From a virus (taxonomy: Duplodnaviria > Caudoviricetes), in the IMG/VR virus record IMGVR_UViG_3300046820_000403, positions 1 to 55,042 of that record: a stretch of DNA of 55,042 nt. One strand, 5' to 3'. Positions 37,068 through 46,903 of the stretch are shown here, in pieces. The notes under the pieces were generated by a model. That model did no database searches and was not told the origin of the DNA. It worked only from the letters and a program-made list of their open reading frames with translations. Position numbers and translations under genes: made by a program. The stretch's first letter is position 1. Each line of letters begins with the position of its first letter.

Positions 37068-37379
37068 CTAGTATTTAACTGGTAGAATCTTTGTTTCTCT
37101 TATTATTTCTAATGCTTCTTCTAATACTTCTCTATCCTTTGTTACAAAATCTGGATGGCTTTTTATAACTCTCCAATTCTTGGATCGTCCAAATACAACC
37201 TCCAACCTAGGCTTACCACCGTTTTTGCTAGCCCAGATAATACTACGAGGATCTATCACTTGAATAGTGCCATTGCCCGTTCCTTTATAGAACCCATAGT
37301 ATAAGTTGTTTTGAGTAGTATACACTACAAAATCACCTGGTTCTAATTCATCGTTATACTTTGCTTCTTTGTAAATCAT
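37068..37379 (-). CDS. Hypothetical protein
   Basis: ATGA overlap with the UDG stop. Confidence 0.65.
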   Translation of the reverse strand: MIYKEAKYNDELEPGDFVVYTTQNNLYYGFYKGTGNGTIQVIDPRSIIWASKNGGKPRLEVVFGRSKNWRVIKSHPDFVTKDREVLEEALEIIRETKILPVKY

Positions 37380-38092
37380 ACCGTTACTGATTGTAACCAT
37401 TCAATAGGAAAGCCATTAGGACCATCCGTATGTAGGTTAAGTTTGTTAAATAAACCTTCTGCATCCCACTCAGAATTCTTATATGATGCAGATGCTGGAT
37501 GTGAAACAATGTAACTATAAGTCATAGGACTCATGTATCGCTTCAACTTCCCTGCCTCTTTACCAAAGAATACCACTGGGGCATTATGAAATGCTAGTAC
37601 CTCTCCTAGTAGATACTTCATAAACGGTTCCCATATTAATAGATGAGAGCCTGCTTTATTAATCTCTGTAGTGAGTGCTGCATTACACATTAACACGCCT
37701 TGGTGTGCAAGATATGACACATCAGCTGGTTTAGTAGCACCTAGCAATAAACCTCTGTGAAGATCTCTCTCTATACCACCATAGAACTGCTCTAGTGACG
37801 GTTGTAATCTACCTGTCGTAGAACAACCCATCATTAAACCGTCTGCCACTGGTACACCATTGTATGCTGTATGATATGGACACAATCCAATGAACACAAC
37901 CTTGAGATTGGTGAATGGAGTTTCTTTAAAGCATCTAAAGACATTGTGAGAGAGAGGAGCAATTTGCTTGCCCCTCCCACTTTCACTCTTTAAATACGCA
38001 TAAATATCATCACACTCTTTACTCTCAATGAATGGTCTCATTTTGTCATGCCAACTCTCATGAAACATATCCTTGAACTTTTCCCAAATCAT
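37376..38092 (-). CDS. ung: Family 1 uracil-DNA glycosylase-like protein with an atypical active site
   Basis: VFRCF, LKVVFIGLCPYH (cf. GQDPY), QPSL, QGVLMCNAALT, SHPAS. Confidence 0.8.
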   Translation of the reverse strand: MIWEKFKDMFHESWHDKMRPFIESKECDDIYAYLKSESGRGKQIAPLSHNVFRCFKETPFTNLKVVFIGLCPYHTAYNGVPVADGLMMGCSTTGRLQPSLEQFYGGIERDLHRGLLLGATKPADVSYLAHQGVLMCNAALTTEINKAGSHLLIWEPFMKYLLGEVLAFHNAPVVFFGKEAGKLKRYMSPMTYSYIVSHPASASYKNSEWDAEGLFNKLNLHTDGPNGFPIEWLQSVTV

Positions 38093-38874
38093 AATGATAA
38101 TTCTAATTGTTGATAGGCTAATTGATGTGCAGTAATCACTACAGGTTTTCTTTGTGCAATCAGCTCACCTTGAGCATTAACAAAGAAACTGTGTGCACTC
38201 ATGTGATCAGTCATCCAATTGGTAGGATGTGTCTCCTTCAAAGAGAATGTAGTGTGCTGGTATAGCTCCCACAAACTGTTCTCAGCACCATAATTGTGCG
38301 TAGGATGTTGTAACTCCTTACGGATGATGTTTAATTCACTAGAGCTAATAAATCCTTCCTCTACAATCATACGTCCAATCAACTCACCTTGCTGTCTTTT
38401 AGTGAGCTCTACTTGCTTCATCAACTCGCGTTGAATCTGCATCTCACGAAATGAATCACCTGCACTCTTGATGTACTCAGTGATGGATTGTGGTGTGAAC
38501 TCTTGAACATCACCTGTATGCTTACGCTTAAACGTACCCATATCACCATTCACCATACCATTAGAACAGATGAATACTTGTATGCCAATAGCAAACTTCA
38601 AGCTCACTTGCTTGTTGTAGCTATTCTGCCATGCAATCTGTATCTGCATCTCACGATCTGCAATATTGCTGATGGTGTATTTACCATTGGCCACTTGTCC
38701 ATCACCTGCCCAGTTATAGGATTGTTTGTCAAGCTTGAATCCTGCTTTCTCTATACCGTTCAAGGTGAGATCGATTAACTGTCCGTGACTAACTGGCTTA
38801 TAACGCTTAGTTTGTTCTGGTAACTTCACTGCTACCAAGTCTTCCAATGTTGTTTTATACTCTGGTCTTTTCAT
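38089..38874 (-). CDS. DUF932-family protein
   Basis: YKPVSHGQLI, NSYNKQ, VFICSNGMV, KRKHTG, SLWELYQ. Confidence 0.8.
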   Translation of the reverse strand: MKRPEYKTTLEDLVAVKLPEQTKRYKPVSHGQLIDLTLNGIEKAGFKLDKQSYNWAGDGQVANGKYTISNIADREMQIQIAWQNSYNKQVSLKFAIGIQVFICSNGMVNGDMGTFKRKHTGDVQEFTPQSITEYIKSAGDSFREMQIQRELMKQVELTKRQQGELIGRMIVEEGFISSSELNIIRKELQHPTHNYGAENSLWELYQHTTFSLKETHPTNWMTDHMSAHSFFVNAQGELIAQRKPVVITAHQLAYQQLELSL

Positions 38875-39044
38875 GATTGTGATAAATTAATTTCAATTCC
38901 AAAAAATGCTGATAATATTCCTTCTAGGTTCTCAATACCTATACACTCGATAGAGTCTCCCTCTGTAGTCTCTAACCATTCTATTTCTTGCTGTATCTCA
39001 TATGTGAGTTCTTCTAGCGCTACTGCTAATTTTTCTACGCTCAT
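38871..39044 (-). CDS. 57-aa acidic hypothetical protein
   Basis: MSVEKLAVALEELTYEIQQEIEWLETTEGDSIECIGIENLEGIL...; fills the gap between genes. Confidence 0.6.
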   Translation of the reverse strand: MSVEKLAVALEELTYEIQQEIEWLETTEGDSIECIGIENLEGILSAFFGIEINLSQS

Positions 39045-39292
39045 AACTTTTCTATTTCTTGTTTAACTTCTTTCCAATATGGATCATAGTAAACATTTGT
39101 ATTTACTTTAGATTCTCTACCATCAAGATATGCCTCAGCATGAGAAATTTCATACTTTGTAGCTTCGATTATCTCATCAATTTCAGCTAATGCACAATAC
39201 TTTGCACATAACATATTCCAATGTCCAGTATCATCTTCAAATAATTTAAAGTATTTATTTACTCTTTCTTCTGCTTTTTCTTTTGGTGTCAT
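39041..39292 (-). CDS. Hypothetical protein (MTPKEKA...YWxEVKQEIEKL type)
   Basis: Common small phage ORF pattern. Confidence 0.7.
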   Translation of the reverse strand: MTPKEKAEERVNKYFKLFEDDTGHWNMLCAKYCALAEIDEIIEATKYEISHAEAYLDGRESKVNTNVYYDPYWKEVKQEIEKL

Positions 39293-40299
39293 ATTAGTTC
39301 TTTCTCTTTTAAATAATCTTCTATTGCTTGCATACCATGGGCTTTTGCTAAATCAGCCCAATCCTTAATGCCCTCAGCTAAATACTTCCTGGGTACATTA
39401 CAATAACCAAAGTCAAACATCTGTGTGATCTGTTGTGAATTCTCTACGCCTGTCACATCGCTATCAAATGATAATATCTGGCTAGCAGAATTAGTCTTGA
39501 TATACTCAACGTTCTCAGGAGAGAAACAACCTAGTCCCTCATTCTGTACAGCACAACTGCACGGAAAGAGTTTCTTCATCACCATATAGTCCTTCTTTGA
39601 TTTATTGATAAATGCTACGTCACATTGTTTTATATCCTCCTTACCATCCATAGTAGTGATGGGTACATTATTTGGTACCCACTTGCTACGTTTATCCTTT
39701 GCGTGTGGACGATATATCTTCCATCTGTCATCATACAGATAACCAAACCTAAGTTCGTCTAAAGGTGCAGGAAACAATTGCTTGTTTAGATAAACCTTAG
39801 ACACACTATAAACATTGTTAGCCTTGAGTTCATCTTCAGATATATGATACTGATTCCAATATGCCAACTCTTCATTAGTGAATCGTTTAACCGTCACCTG
39901 AATATTAGTGTATTGTTTTATACGAACTATAGGCTGTTTATACTCAGAGATGATACGTTTATACTCTTGAGTGTTTGTAGTTCTGGTCATGCCTAGTCCT
40001 AGGTCTCTGTCTATTATCTTGAGCGCTTCATCTAAGTTCACATTGAACAACAAGCGTACAAAATCAAAGCAAGAACCTCGTTTACTAGTGTCACCAAAGT
40101 CTATAAACGTGAGTCTACCGTGTTTATTACCTATAAGGAACGATGGATTACGCTCATTTCTAAACGGAGAATATGTAACTACATTAATCTGCCAATCAGT
40201 TCTTGGCATGTAATAGCGAAATATATCATACTCGCTAACTTTCTCAAGCAGCCTCTCTGGTTTTAGAGGAAGCTGTTTCTTCATTCCGTTTACTGGCAT
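39289..40299 (-). CDS. DNA primase, crAss-like TOPRIM
   Basis: SPFRNERNPSF, FIDFG, INKSKKDYMV, FDSDVTG, IKDWAD; start moved to 40299. Confidence 0.8.
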   Translation of the reverse strand: MPVNGMKKQLPLKPERLLEKVSEYDIFRYYMPRTDWQINVVTYSPFRNERNPSFLIGNKHGRLTFIDFGDTSKRGSCFDFVRLLFNVNLDEALKIIDRDLGLGMTRTTNTQEYKRIISEYKQPIVRIKQYTNIQVTVKRFTNEELAYWNQYHISEDELKANNVYSVSKVYLNKQLFPAPLDELRFGYLYDDRWKIYRPHAKDKRSKWVPNNVPITTMDGKEDIKQCDVAFINKSKKDYMVMKKLFPCSCAVQNEGLGCFSPENVEYIKTNSASQILSFDSDVTGVENSQQITQMFDFGYCNVPRKYLAEGIKDWADLAKAHGMQAIEDYLKEKELI

Positions 40300-40311
40300 A
40301 TTGTTAGTTTT

Positions 40312-40362
40312 CGTAAACGAGAGAGCCCAAACTAAAATAGAATGGGCTCTACAACGCTCACG
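40312..40362 (-). promoter_or_regulatory. Long intergenic hairpin upstream of the primase
   Basis: CGTGAGCG/CGTTTACG plus AGAGCCCA/TGGGCTCT stems on the minus strand. Confidence 0.5.
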
Positions 40363-40378
40363 GTATTTAAACAACTAA

Positions 40379-41245
40379 TTAATAATCAGCTCCATCTGTA
40401 GAAATAACCTTACCGTTCTCAGGGCTATTCTCTGGATCATATAAAGACAACTCTTTGAACTCATAGATCCATCTACATCCTCCACTTTCAGATGTAACGT
40501 TTTTAACAAACTTCTCCCATGGCCAAGCACCTTTCTTATTAGCAATTCCTGCTAACACTGTAGTGTTTGTTAAATCAACCATACGCATGTTTCTTATAGA
40601 ATATCCTGGGAAGAATGCTTTAGGAAATATTTTCTGAGAAGATCTAGGTCCATCAGGTCCATCATATACACTAATAGCAGCCAATGCTCCTACAGTGATA
40701 GTCCACTCATGACCAATTAGATCCTTCCACTCTTTCAAGTTGCCCGAGATAACCTTCTTCCAATCAAGTTGTAATACAGCTTCTTCTTTCTTAAAGTCAA
40801 GCTTACCTAACCAAGTCTTTAAGAAGTGAACAAACTCAATCTCACCATCATATGCTTGACGATAGTCTCTACCATCTTTTAAGAAATATTGATTAAGAGT
40901 GTCTTCGCTACTAGCACAAGCGCTATCACCAATTGTGTTGATGAAATACTTACTACCTGTTTTTGCAATCTTCTTAACATCTCTCAGTTTAAACCATATC
41001 TGAAATATGTTCTTAGTCTTAACATCTTGAATGTGAACAACCACATTACACTTAGCTGTGCCGTCTGGTTCTGTCTCAAGATAGTTCAAAGACTTTTCTG
41101 TAGCCTCCCTTTGATAAATATCATAATACTCTTCTGCTGTAGGATTGATTCCTACTACTGTTCCTTCGAAATAACCGCTATACTTAGGGAAATTACCTGT
41201 TCCTGTACTAGCTGGTTTAACTTTTTCTTCTGCAAATAATGCCAT
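40379..41245 (-). CDS. Putative single-stranded DNA-binding protein
   Basis: YSGYFEGTVVGINPT; acidic/aromatic C-terminus DGADY; lies between the ATPase and primase as in crAss-like phages. Confidence 0.55.
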   Translation of the reverse strand: MALFAEEKVKPASTGTGNFPKYSGYFEGTVVGINPTAEEYYDIYQREATEKSLNYLETEPDGTAKCNVVVHIQDVKTKNIFQIWFKLRDVKKIAKTGSKYFINTIGDSACASSEDTLNQYFLKDGRDYRQAYDGEIEFVHFLKTWLGKLDFKKEEAVLQLDWKKVISGNLKEWKDLIGHEWTITVGALAAISVYDGPDGPRSSQKIFPKAFFPGYSIRNMRMVDLTNTTVLAGIANKKGAWPWEKFVKNVTSESGGCRWIYEFKELSLYDPENSPENGKVISTDGADY

Positions 41246-41259
41246 TTTCTTACGTTGTT

Positions 41260-41931
41260 TTAGTTATAATAATTGTCAATTGTTTCAGATACTAATTGTA
41301 GGTTGTTAGGGATCATTAGATCAACAAACATTCCGTCAGGACTCTTTGCTGGGAACTTACGATATCTATTAGTTACAAAGTGATACTTAGGTGAGCCATC
41401 TTTAGTCTCCTCAACGTAAGTGTAGAGAACCACAGTGAACAATCCTTCTAGATTGATTTGGTTATCTAACAACTTACCAGCTGTCTTGATCTTATAGACT
41501 ACCACCTCACCTGAATCCTCAACAGCTTCAGGATGTGTAAAATAGAATACCTTTAAGTCATCACGTAGTTTACGTGCCTCCCTAAATAATTCAACCATAT
41601 CTCTAGCCATGATTGAGAACTTCTCAAAGCCCTTCTCCATTGCACGAGATACCATGTTGAAACCCATGATGTAATTAGAATCTTCGATTACGATGTTTTT
41701 GATGTGCGGTGCCTTCTCAGAAATCACATGTAACAAACGTGTGATCTCTACTGCATCATCAATCTCTTTGTAGTTTTTCTTTTCTGTGTTATACAACTTC
41801 TCAGATCCTTTGAAAGGAAGCTCTTTCTTAGCCACGTTGATAATATACGTGGTAGCTGGATCCAAGTGCTTTACTGATGTGGATTTACCCGTACCAGTGA
41901 AGCCCACTACTCCAATTAGTTTACTTGCCAT
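41260..41931 (-). CDS. AAA ATPase (Sak4-like)
   Basis: GFTGTGKST, IVIEDSNY, KIKTAGKLLD, EGLFTVVL, AKSPDGMF. Confidence 0.8.
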   Translation of the reverse strand: MASKLIGVVGFTGTGKSTSVKHLDPATTYIINVAKKELPFKGSEKLYNTEKKNYKEIDDAVEITRLLHVISEKAPHIKNIVIEDSNYIMGFNMVSRAMEKGFEKFSIMARDMVELFREARKLRDDLKVFYFTHPEAVEDSGEVVVYKIKTAGKLLDNQINLEGLFTVVLYTYVEETKDGSPKYHFVTNRYRKFPAKSPDGMFVDLMIPNNLQLVSETIDNYYN

Positions 41932-41964
41932 GATTTAGTTATTTATTAATTTTGTTATACTAAT

Positions 41965-43059
41965 TTACGGAATTTTATCAACATCAACAACTTTTATCTT
42001 GTCTTTGTCAAAGAATTCCAAGGCTTTATTCAACCACTTTTGCTCAATCGATTCATTGGTAGATATGATATAAATCTGTGCTTTCTTGTCTGGATTATTA
42101 TACTCCATAGCCATACATCTGTTTACCTTCTGAGCTAGATTTTCTGCATTGCTGTCAAAATAGTTTAGTACCACCTTGTTTAAGGGTTTGTATGTAACAC
42201 CTGTATTACCAATCTTGACAACAGCCATATGATTTCCTTCGCCTTCTGCAAACCTTTTGAAGCCCTCTTTGTCGGACGATTTGCTATGGTGAGAAGGGAT
42301 GTCTAAACTGTCTGCAATATCAGTAGTACCACAAAACACAAGTATACGCTCTTTACTATACTTGTTTAATATTGCCTTAGTCATCTTTAACTTAGCAATA
42401 CTTGATTGGATGAGTCTCATTCTCTTCAAGCGTAAGTGCATAGTGTCCTTACCTAGCTCTGATAATTGATCAATCACCCAACTACACGCGTCAAAATGTT
42501 TCTTCTCTGTTCTAGTCTTACCCTTAATCGTAATAGCTTTACTATTATCCAAAGGCACCTTAACAACAGTGATTTGATAGTCTACAATAACTCCTTCTTC
42601 TATTGCTTGCTGAATAGAATAGTTGGCTATAACAGGAAGACGTAAACGTTCCCATATCTCAGACTCTGTCCATGCAGACAATGTGCCTGTAAGGCCCAAC
42701 ACTTGCTTGTTAGTCTCAAGCAATTCTTCACAAGCTTCCACCTGGGCATCACTCAACAAATGTATCTCATCAATAATGACTAGATCAAACTCCTCTTGTC
42801 TATGCTTATGCAAAGATAGATGTGTTGTATAGGTGATGTTTGAATTGTTGTATCCACGTGCTTTAAAATCTTGTTCCCAAGAATCCTTGATTTTAACGTC
42901 AGGATAGGCGATTAGGATAGAAATATCACAATTCATTTTCTCCAAGATGTTAATTGTTGTGTAGATTTTGCCGAAGCGTGGACAGAGATTTAGGATACCC
43001 CATCTCTTCTGTAACCACACATCAGCAAACTCTTTCTGTCTCTGGTCTCTAAGGCTCAT
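41965..43059 (-). CDS. Superfamily 2 helicase
   Basis: CPRFGKI, IIDEIH, LGLTGT, QKVNRC. Confidence 0.8.
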   Translation of the reverse strand: MSLRDQRQKEFADVWLQKRWGILNLCPRFGKIYTTINILEKMNCDISILIAYPDVKIKDSWEQDFKARGYNNSNITYTTHLSLHKHRQEEFDLVIIDEIHLLSDAQVEACEELLETNKQVLGLTGTLSAWTESEIWERLRLPVIANYSIQQAIEEGVIVDYQITVVKVPLDNSKAITIKGKTRTEKKHFDACSWVIDQLSELGKDTMHLRLKRMRLIQSSIAKLKMTKAILNKYSKERILVFCGTTDIADSLDIPSHHSKSSDKEGFKRFAEGEGNHMAVVKIGNTGVTYKPLNKVVLNYFDSNAENLAQKVNRCMAMEYNNPDKKAQIYIISTNESIEQKWLNKALEFFDKDKIKVVDVDKIP

Positions 43060-43384
43060 TGTTTAGTTCTTTAGATACTTGTTCTCTCATCTTACGTATT
43101 TTCTCATTTCTAATATCAATCTCTAACTGCAAATGAGCAATTTTCTTTTCAGATAGTTCAACTATAGATGGATATAACTCCTCTTCTCTAAATTGTTTAT
43201 TATGTTTATCCCATCTATAAGAAAACAAATCATACCAAGCAGGGGCGTTATTTACCTTATAGAGTACTGAAGAACGATGTTTACTAGCTGAGATATCCAA
43301 GTCTACAATTTTACCTTTTTCTATTGAATCGTAATAATCAAAGAAAACTGTATCTCCAACATTGTATTTAGTTTCTATTTTCAT
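43049..43384 (-). CDS. Hypothetical protein
   Basis: IETKYNVGDTVF N-terminus, coiled-coil C-terminus. Confidence 0.7.
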   Translation of the reverse strand: MKIETKYNVGDTVFFDYYDSIEKGKIVDLDISASKHRSSVLYKVNNAPAWYDLFSYRWDKHNKQFREEELYPSIVELSEKKIAHLQLEIDIRNEKIRKMREQVSKELNNEP

Positions 43385-44448
43385 TATGGTTCTAAAAAGA
43401 ATGTTTTATTAACTACGGATTGATACTCATAATCACTCATGTCCTTAAGTCTTGGTAGCTCTTTGAACATACCTATCTGACCTAAGAAACCTAGTCCTAT
43501 GCGCACATCATCTTCACCATAGCTATTCTTGATTAGTCTTAAACTCCTGAAGTATTTAGCACCATGCTCATCCTTTAGCCTATCTATGTCATAACCACTA
43601 GGGTCAGCAACTTTATAGCGCATAGGATCAAATAATGCTAATACAACGTCCGCATCGTTCTGTGTACTAGAACTCTCTGCAAAGTCCTCAAGCTGAGGCT
43701 CTACATCACCATTCTTAATCCTGATAGGATTAGAAATGTCACGATTAAACTGACTCACTAGTACAGGACTATAGCCAAAGAAGTCACGAGCATATCGCAT
43801 CTCATCAGAGAGCTTATCGATAGCTTGTTTCTTGGTGGTCTGGTCCTTAGTGGTCTTAGTTAAACCGATGTGATCAACTACAACAAGAGTTATCTCATTA
43901 TCATGATGAGGGATATACACCTTGTTGAATTCATCAAGCTCCTCTATCACACCATTTTGCATAGCATGCTTATTAACTTGCTTAGCAATACCTATGGCGT
44001 TCTCTGGTCCACTGACGATTGTGATCACTTCATTCATCTCACCGATATAGTTCTCATATGTGAGAAACAAATCGTGTTGATCTTTGGTCATCTTATCTGT
44101 CCAGCCTAAAAGCTTAGGCACAGGTATAATAGTGCCATGGTCTAGGAATATCTTACGAGATATCCATTTGGCCATCTTATACGTACCACTACGCTCCATG
44201 GATCGATAGATGATCTTTAGCTTAATATCAGTGGTGTTCTTCTGTGATATGTACCAATCAAATGGATTGAGCACATATGCATCATCAATAAAACTAGTCT
44301 TCCCAGAACCTGTTAGGCCACCTACAAGGGTGTAAATAGACTTACGGATACCAATGTATCTATTAAGCCTATTAAACCCCATAGGTATACCACTGTTTCT
44401 ACCATCTAGGCCCAGCTGGACCTCTTTTGCCAAATCTTGAAAACTCAT
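43384..44448 (-). CDS. dnaB: DnaB-like replicative helicase
   Basis: GGLTGSGKT, YRSME, VVVDHIG, VSQFNR, QNDADVV, LIKNSYG. Confidence 0.88.
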   Translation of the reverse strand: MSFQDLAKEVQLGLDGRNSGIPMGFNRLNRYIGIRKSIYTLVGGLTGSGKTSFIDDAYVLNPFDWYISQKNTTDIKLKIIYRSMERSGTYKMAKWISRKIFLDHGTIIPVPKLLGWTDKMTKDQHDLFLTYENYIGEMNEVITIVSGPENAIGIAKQVNKHAMQNGVIEELDEFNKVYIPHHDNEITLVVVDHIGLTKTTKDQTTKKQAIDKLSDEMRYARDFFGYSPVLVSQFNRDISNPIRIKNGDVEPQLEDFAESSSTQNDADVVLALFDPMRYKVADPSGYDIDRLKDEHGAKYFRSLRLIKNSYGEDDVRIGLGFLGQIGMFKELPRLKDMSDYEYQSVVNKTFFLEP

Positions 44449-45074
44449 ATATCAGTCCCTCCTTTACTTATTGGTTTAGAAATCTCTATCTTATGTCCCT
44501 CTTTAATGAGTTCTATGAATGGCTCAAACGTGCGCTGATTTAGATATGTAAGAGTGTTCTGCAGAAAAGTCAGTCTATTCGTATTTGTTCTTAACGAATT
44601 CTCTTTCTTCTGCAAGACATCAAACTCTATTGCTGCAATCAAATCATCGGCTGTATAATCACCTTCATTGAGGATAGAATTAAACTTCACTTGGCAATCT
44701 TCTTTCTTAGCTCTAAATGCACGAGTACCTTGAAACTTTACACCATTATATGTAAACGTATCAGTGCCTGGATAAGCTTTCCACCATCTCTCAAAATCGT
44801 CTGCATTAGTCTTCACCTTAACAATCTTCTCTTCAGGAGCATCCTCGCTGAGAAAATTGATAAGGTTACGACCCATTAATGTTATCTTGTACTGTGGTGT
44901 GATGAGACCTTTCCTAAGGATTCCTTGTAAGATGATTTCTAGCTTTGCATTACCTAAGCATACTATGCCTAAGTTTGCTCCTTCTTCAGCTAGCTTCAAT
45001 AGAAAGATCATGTCAAGAGTGAAACCTAACCTCTGTAGTTCCTTAAAATGGAAGAGCGTTAACTTGACGTTCAT
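44445..45074 (-). CDS. Putative replication initiator / helicase loader
   Basis: FERWWKAYP and TYLNQRTFE motifs; directly upstream of DnaB. Confidence 0.55.
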   Translation of the reverse strand: MNVKLTLFHFKELQRLGFTLDMIFLLKLAEEGANLGIVCLGNAKLEIILQGILRKGLITPQYKITLMGRNLINFLSEDAPEEKIVKVKTNADDFERWWKAYPGTDTFTYNGVKFQGTRAFRAKKEDCQVKFNSILNEGDYTADDLIAAIEFDVLQKKENSLRTNTNRLTFLQNTLTYLNQRTFEPFIELIKEGHKIEISKPISKGGTDI

Positions 45075-45318
45075 AATATTTAAGTAGTCTCCTATCTCCC
45101 TTAACAATAATGCTAGCAGGGATTGATTCATTTAGTTTTGCGTTTGCTTGAAGAACCTTAATAGTTTCTAGCTCAATAACATTCTCTTTTGAGCTCATAA
45201 AAGTTTCAATCTGAGCTTTACCAGGATCATTTAATGAGCTATAAAACTCTAACATTTCTTCTTGCAAATATACTAAATTCTTCTGGAATTCATGCTCCCA
45301 GTCAATTGTATGTATCAT
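45043..45318 (-). CDS. Hypothetical protein
   Basis: Coupled ORF. Confidence 0.6.
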   Translation of the reverse strand: MIHTIDWEHEFQKNLVYLQEEMLEFYSSLNDPGKAQIETFMSSKENVIELETIKVLQANAKLNESIPASIIVKGDRRLLKYYERQVNALPF

Positions 45319-45521
45319 TATTCTGTATCATTATAATTTTCATACTCTCTAAACTTTGGGTCCAAGGTGCGTCCTTCATTATCCCAATACTGTTCACATT
45401 TATCCCCCTCACGAGGTGATTCAGCAAAGATTGATTGTCTAAACTGATTCCACGGTGCTGTGTGCCTGTAGCACCTAAATTTAACAGGACATTTCATGTC
45501 CATACACATTGTTCCATCCAT
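45318..45521 (-). CDS. Cys-rich hypothetical protein
   Basis: MDGTMC...CPVKFRCYRHTA...QSIF...CEQYW. Confidence 0.7.
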   Translation of the reverse strand: MDGTMCMDMKCPVKFRCYRHTAPWNQFRQSIFAESPREGDKCEQYWDNEGRTLDPKFREYENYNDTE

Positions 45522-45679
45522 TATATTTGGTTTTTAATGTAAATGTAGTAACCAAAAGCTTTAATACGAGGCTTTACACCCAATAAGACATTTAATGGAA
45601 TATCCATCCAATCTTTATGATGCTTAATAATAAGCTTTCTACTACCAATTCTCATGATCAATCCTTTGTTATCACTCAT
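45521..45679 (-). CDS. 52-aa hypothetical protein
   Basis: MSDNKGLIMRIGSRKL...YIKNQI; fills the gap. Confidence 0.55.
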   Translation of the reverse strand: MSDNKGLIMRIGSRKLIIKHHKDWMDIPLNVLLGVKPRIKAFGYYIYIKNQI

Positions 45680-45884
45680 CGTTTTGTTGTTTAGGTGATT
45701 TAATCACTGCCCAGTGCGTGATTGAATTGTGATTATAGGCCCATCCAGAACCATTCCATTGCTCCCAATGAATCTTACCATCTTTTCTACATACTAGATA
45801 CTTACCATAAGACGTTGGTCTAGTAGATAAGTCGTTGAAGTCAAACTTAACCCAATGACTAAGTGCTATATCATTCATCATCAT
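45672..45884 (-). CDS. DUF551-like small protein
   Basis: RPTSYGKYLVC...WNGSGW...ITHWAVI. Confidence 0.65.
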   Translation of the reverse strand: MMMNDIALSHWVKFDFNDLSTRPTSYGKYLVCRKDGKIHWEQWNGSGWAYNHNSITHWAVIKSPKQQNDE

Positions 45885-46110
45885 TATCTATATAATTGTT
45901 ATGTAATCTAACAAAGTGTTCAGCTAGTTCTTTGTTAAGTTCACCTGGACGTACTATTGTATAATCTTGTGCTACATTCCAGTCATCTTCTAAAAATGAA
46001 ATAGGTACGATAGGAACAATAGTTCTACACCAACATTCCTCACCTTGAATACAAGTATCTGTCTTCCACTTTACTTGTAATGATATTTCTTGCGCTTCTT
46101 CGTATGTCAT
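45871..46110 (-). CDS. Hypothetical protein
   Basis: WKTDTCIQGEECWCRTI...AEHFVRLHN. Confidence 0.7.
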   Translation of the reverse strand: MTYEEAQEISLQVKWKTDTCIQGEECWCRTIVPIVPISFLEDDWNVAQDYTIVRPGELNKELAEHFVRLHNNYIDNDDE

Positions 46111-46298
46111 TTTTCTTGTTGTTTAACTATGTTAAAATTATGTCCAACATAAGGCAATTTTGGATCATCTCCATAACCAAGAGTTTGTAATAAATCCTCT
46201 AGTTCTGAATCTGACAAATTGCCACATTGTAATGCGTAATCTAAAACAAGGGCAAGAGCTTGTGTCCTTGTTATATCAATTGTTGACTTCCATCCCAT
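46107..46298 (-). CDS. Hypothetical protein
   Basis: Coupled ORF MGWKSTIDITR. Confidence 0.65.
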   Translation of the reverse strand: MGWKSTIDITRTQALALVLDYALQCGNLSDSELEDLLQTLGYGDDPKLPYVGHNFNIVKQQEK

Positions 46299-46686
46299 TG
46301 TCTTGTTGTTTAGCTATTTCTATAAGTTTATCTATACAAGCATTCTCTGCTTCTTGATATATATCGTGATTAAAATTACCAACCTCAAAAGAACCATTTA
46401 TATTACAAACAGAATAAATCCATTTTATTGAGCCTTTGTACACATTACTTACTTCTACTATTTGGTATAATCCATATTTTTTTCTAAACCACCTAAATAC
46501 TTGTTGTTTAAGTGGAGCAAAAGTAAAATAACCTCCTTGTGTATCAGATATTTTTTTAATAACCAAAAAAGGATTTGGCACTTCTACATCTACATAATAA
46601 CCAAAACAAGGTTCATCAAACTTTAATCCCTTTAAGGATTTGGCTTGCTCATAAGTGACAAATTCTTTTTCTAAGTTATTTTCCAT
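46276..46686 (-). CDS. Hypothetical protein
   Basis: EKEFVTYEQAKSLKGLKFDEPC...APLKQQVFRWFRKK. Confidence 0.7.
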   Translation of the reverse strand: MENNLEKEFVTYEQAKSLKGLKFDEPCFGYYVDVEVPNPFLVIKKISDTQGGYFTFAPLKQQVFRWFRKKYGLYQIVEVSNVYKGSIKWIYSVCNINGSFEVGNFNHDIYQEAENACIDKLIEIAKQQDNGMEVNN

Positions 46687-46903
46687 AAGTTTCGTTGTAA
46701 TATTGTTCTGCATCTAATTTACATTCTATTCCATCAGTAATATTTGATACCCAGCATTTTACAAAAGCATCTTTTATCTGCTCTTTCTCCATTTGTTTGG
46801 CTTGTTCAAAAATATAATCGGGCAGACAAATTGCATCTTCAAGCCAATTCTTTAATTCTATTTCAAGCCATCCTACTGCCGTTTGTTTAGTTTCCATCTT
46901 CAT
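46676..46903 (-). CDS. Hypothetical protein (KQTAV...EQYYNETY type)
   Basis: Common small phage ORF pattern. Confidence 0.7.
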   Translation of the reverse strand: MKMETKQTAVGWLEIELKNWLEDAICLPDYIFEQAKQMEKEQIKDAFVKCWVSNITDGIECKLDAEQYYNETYGK

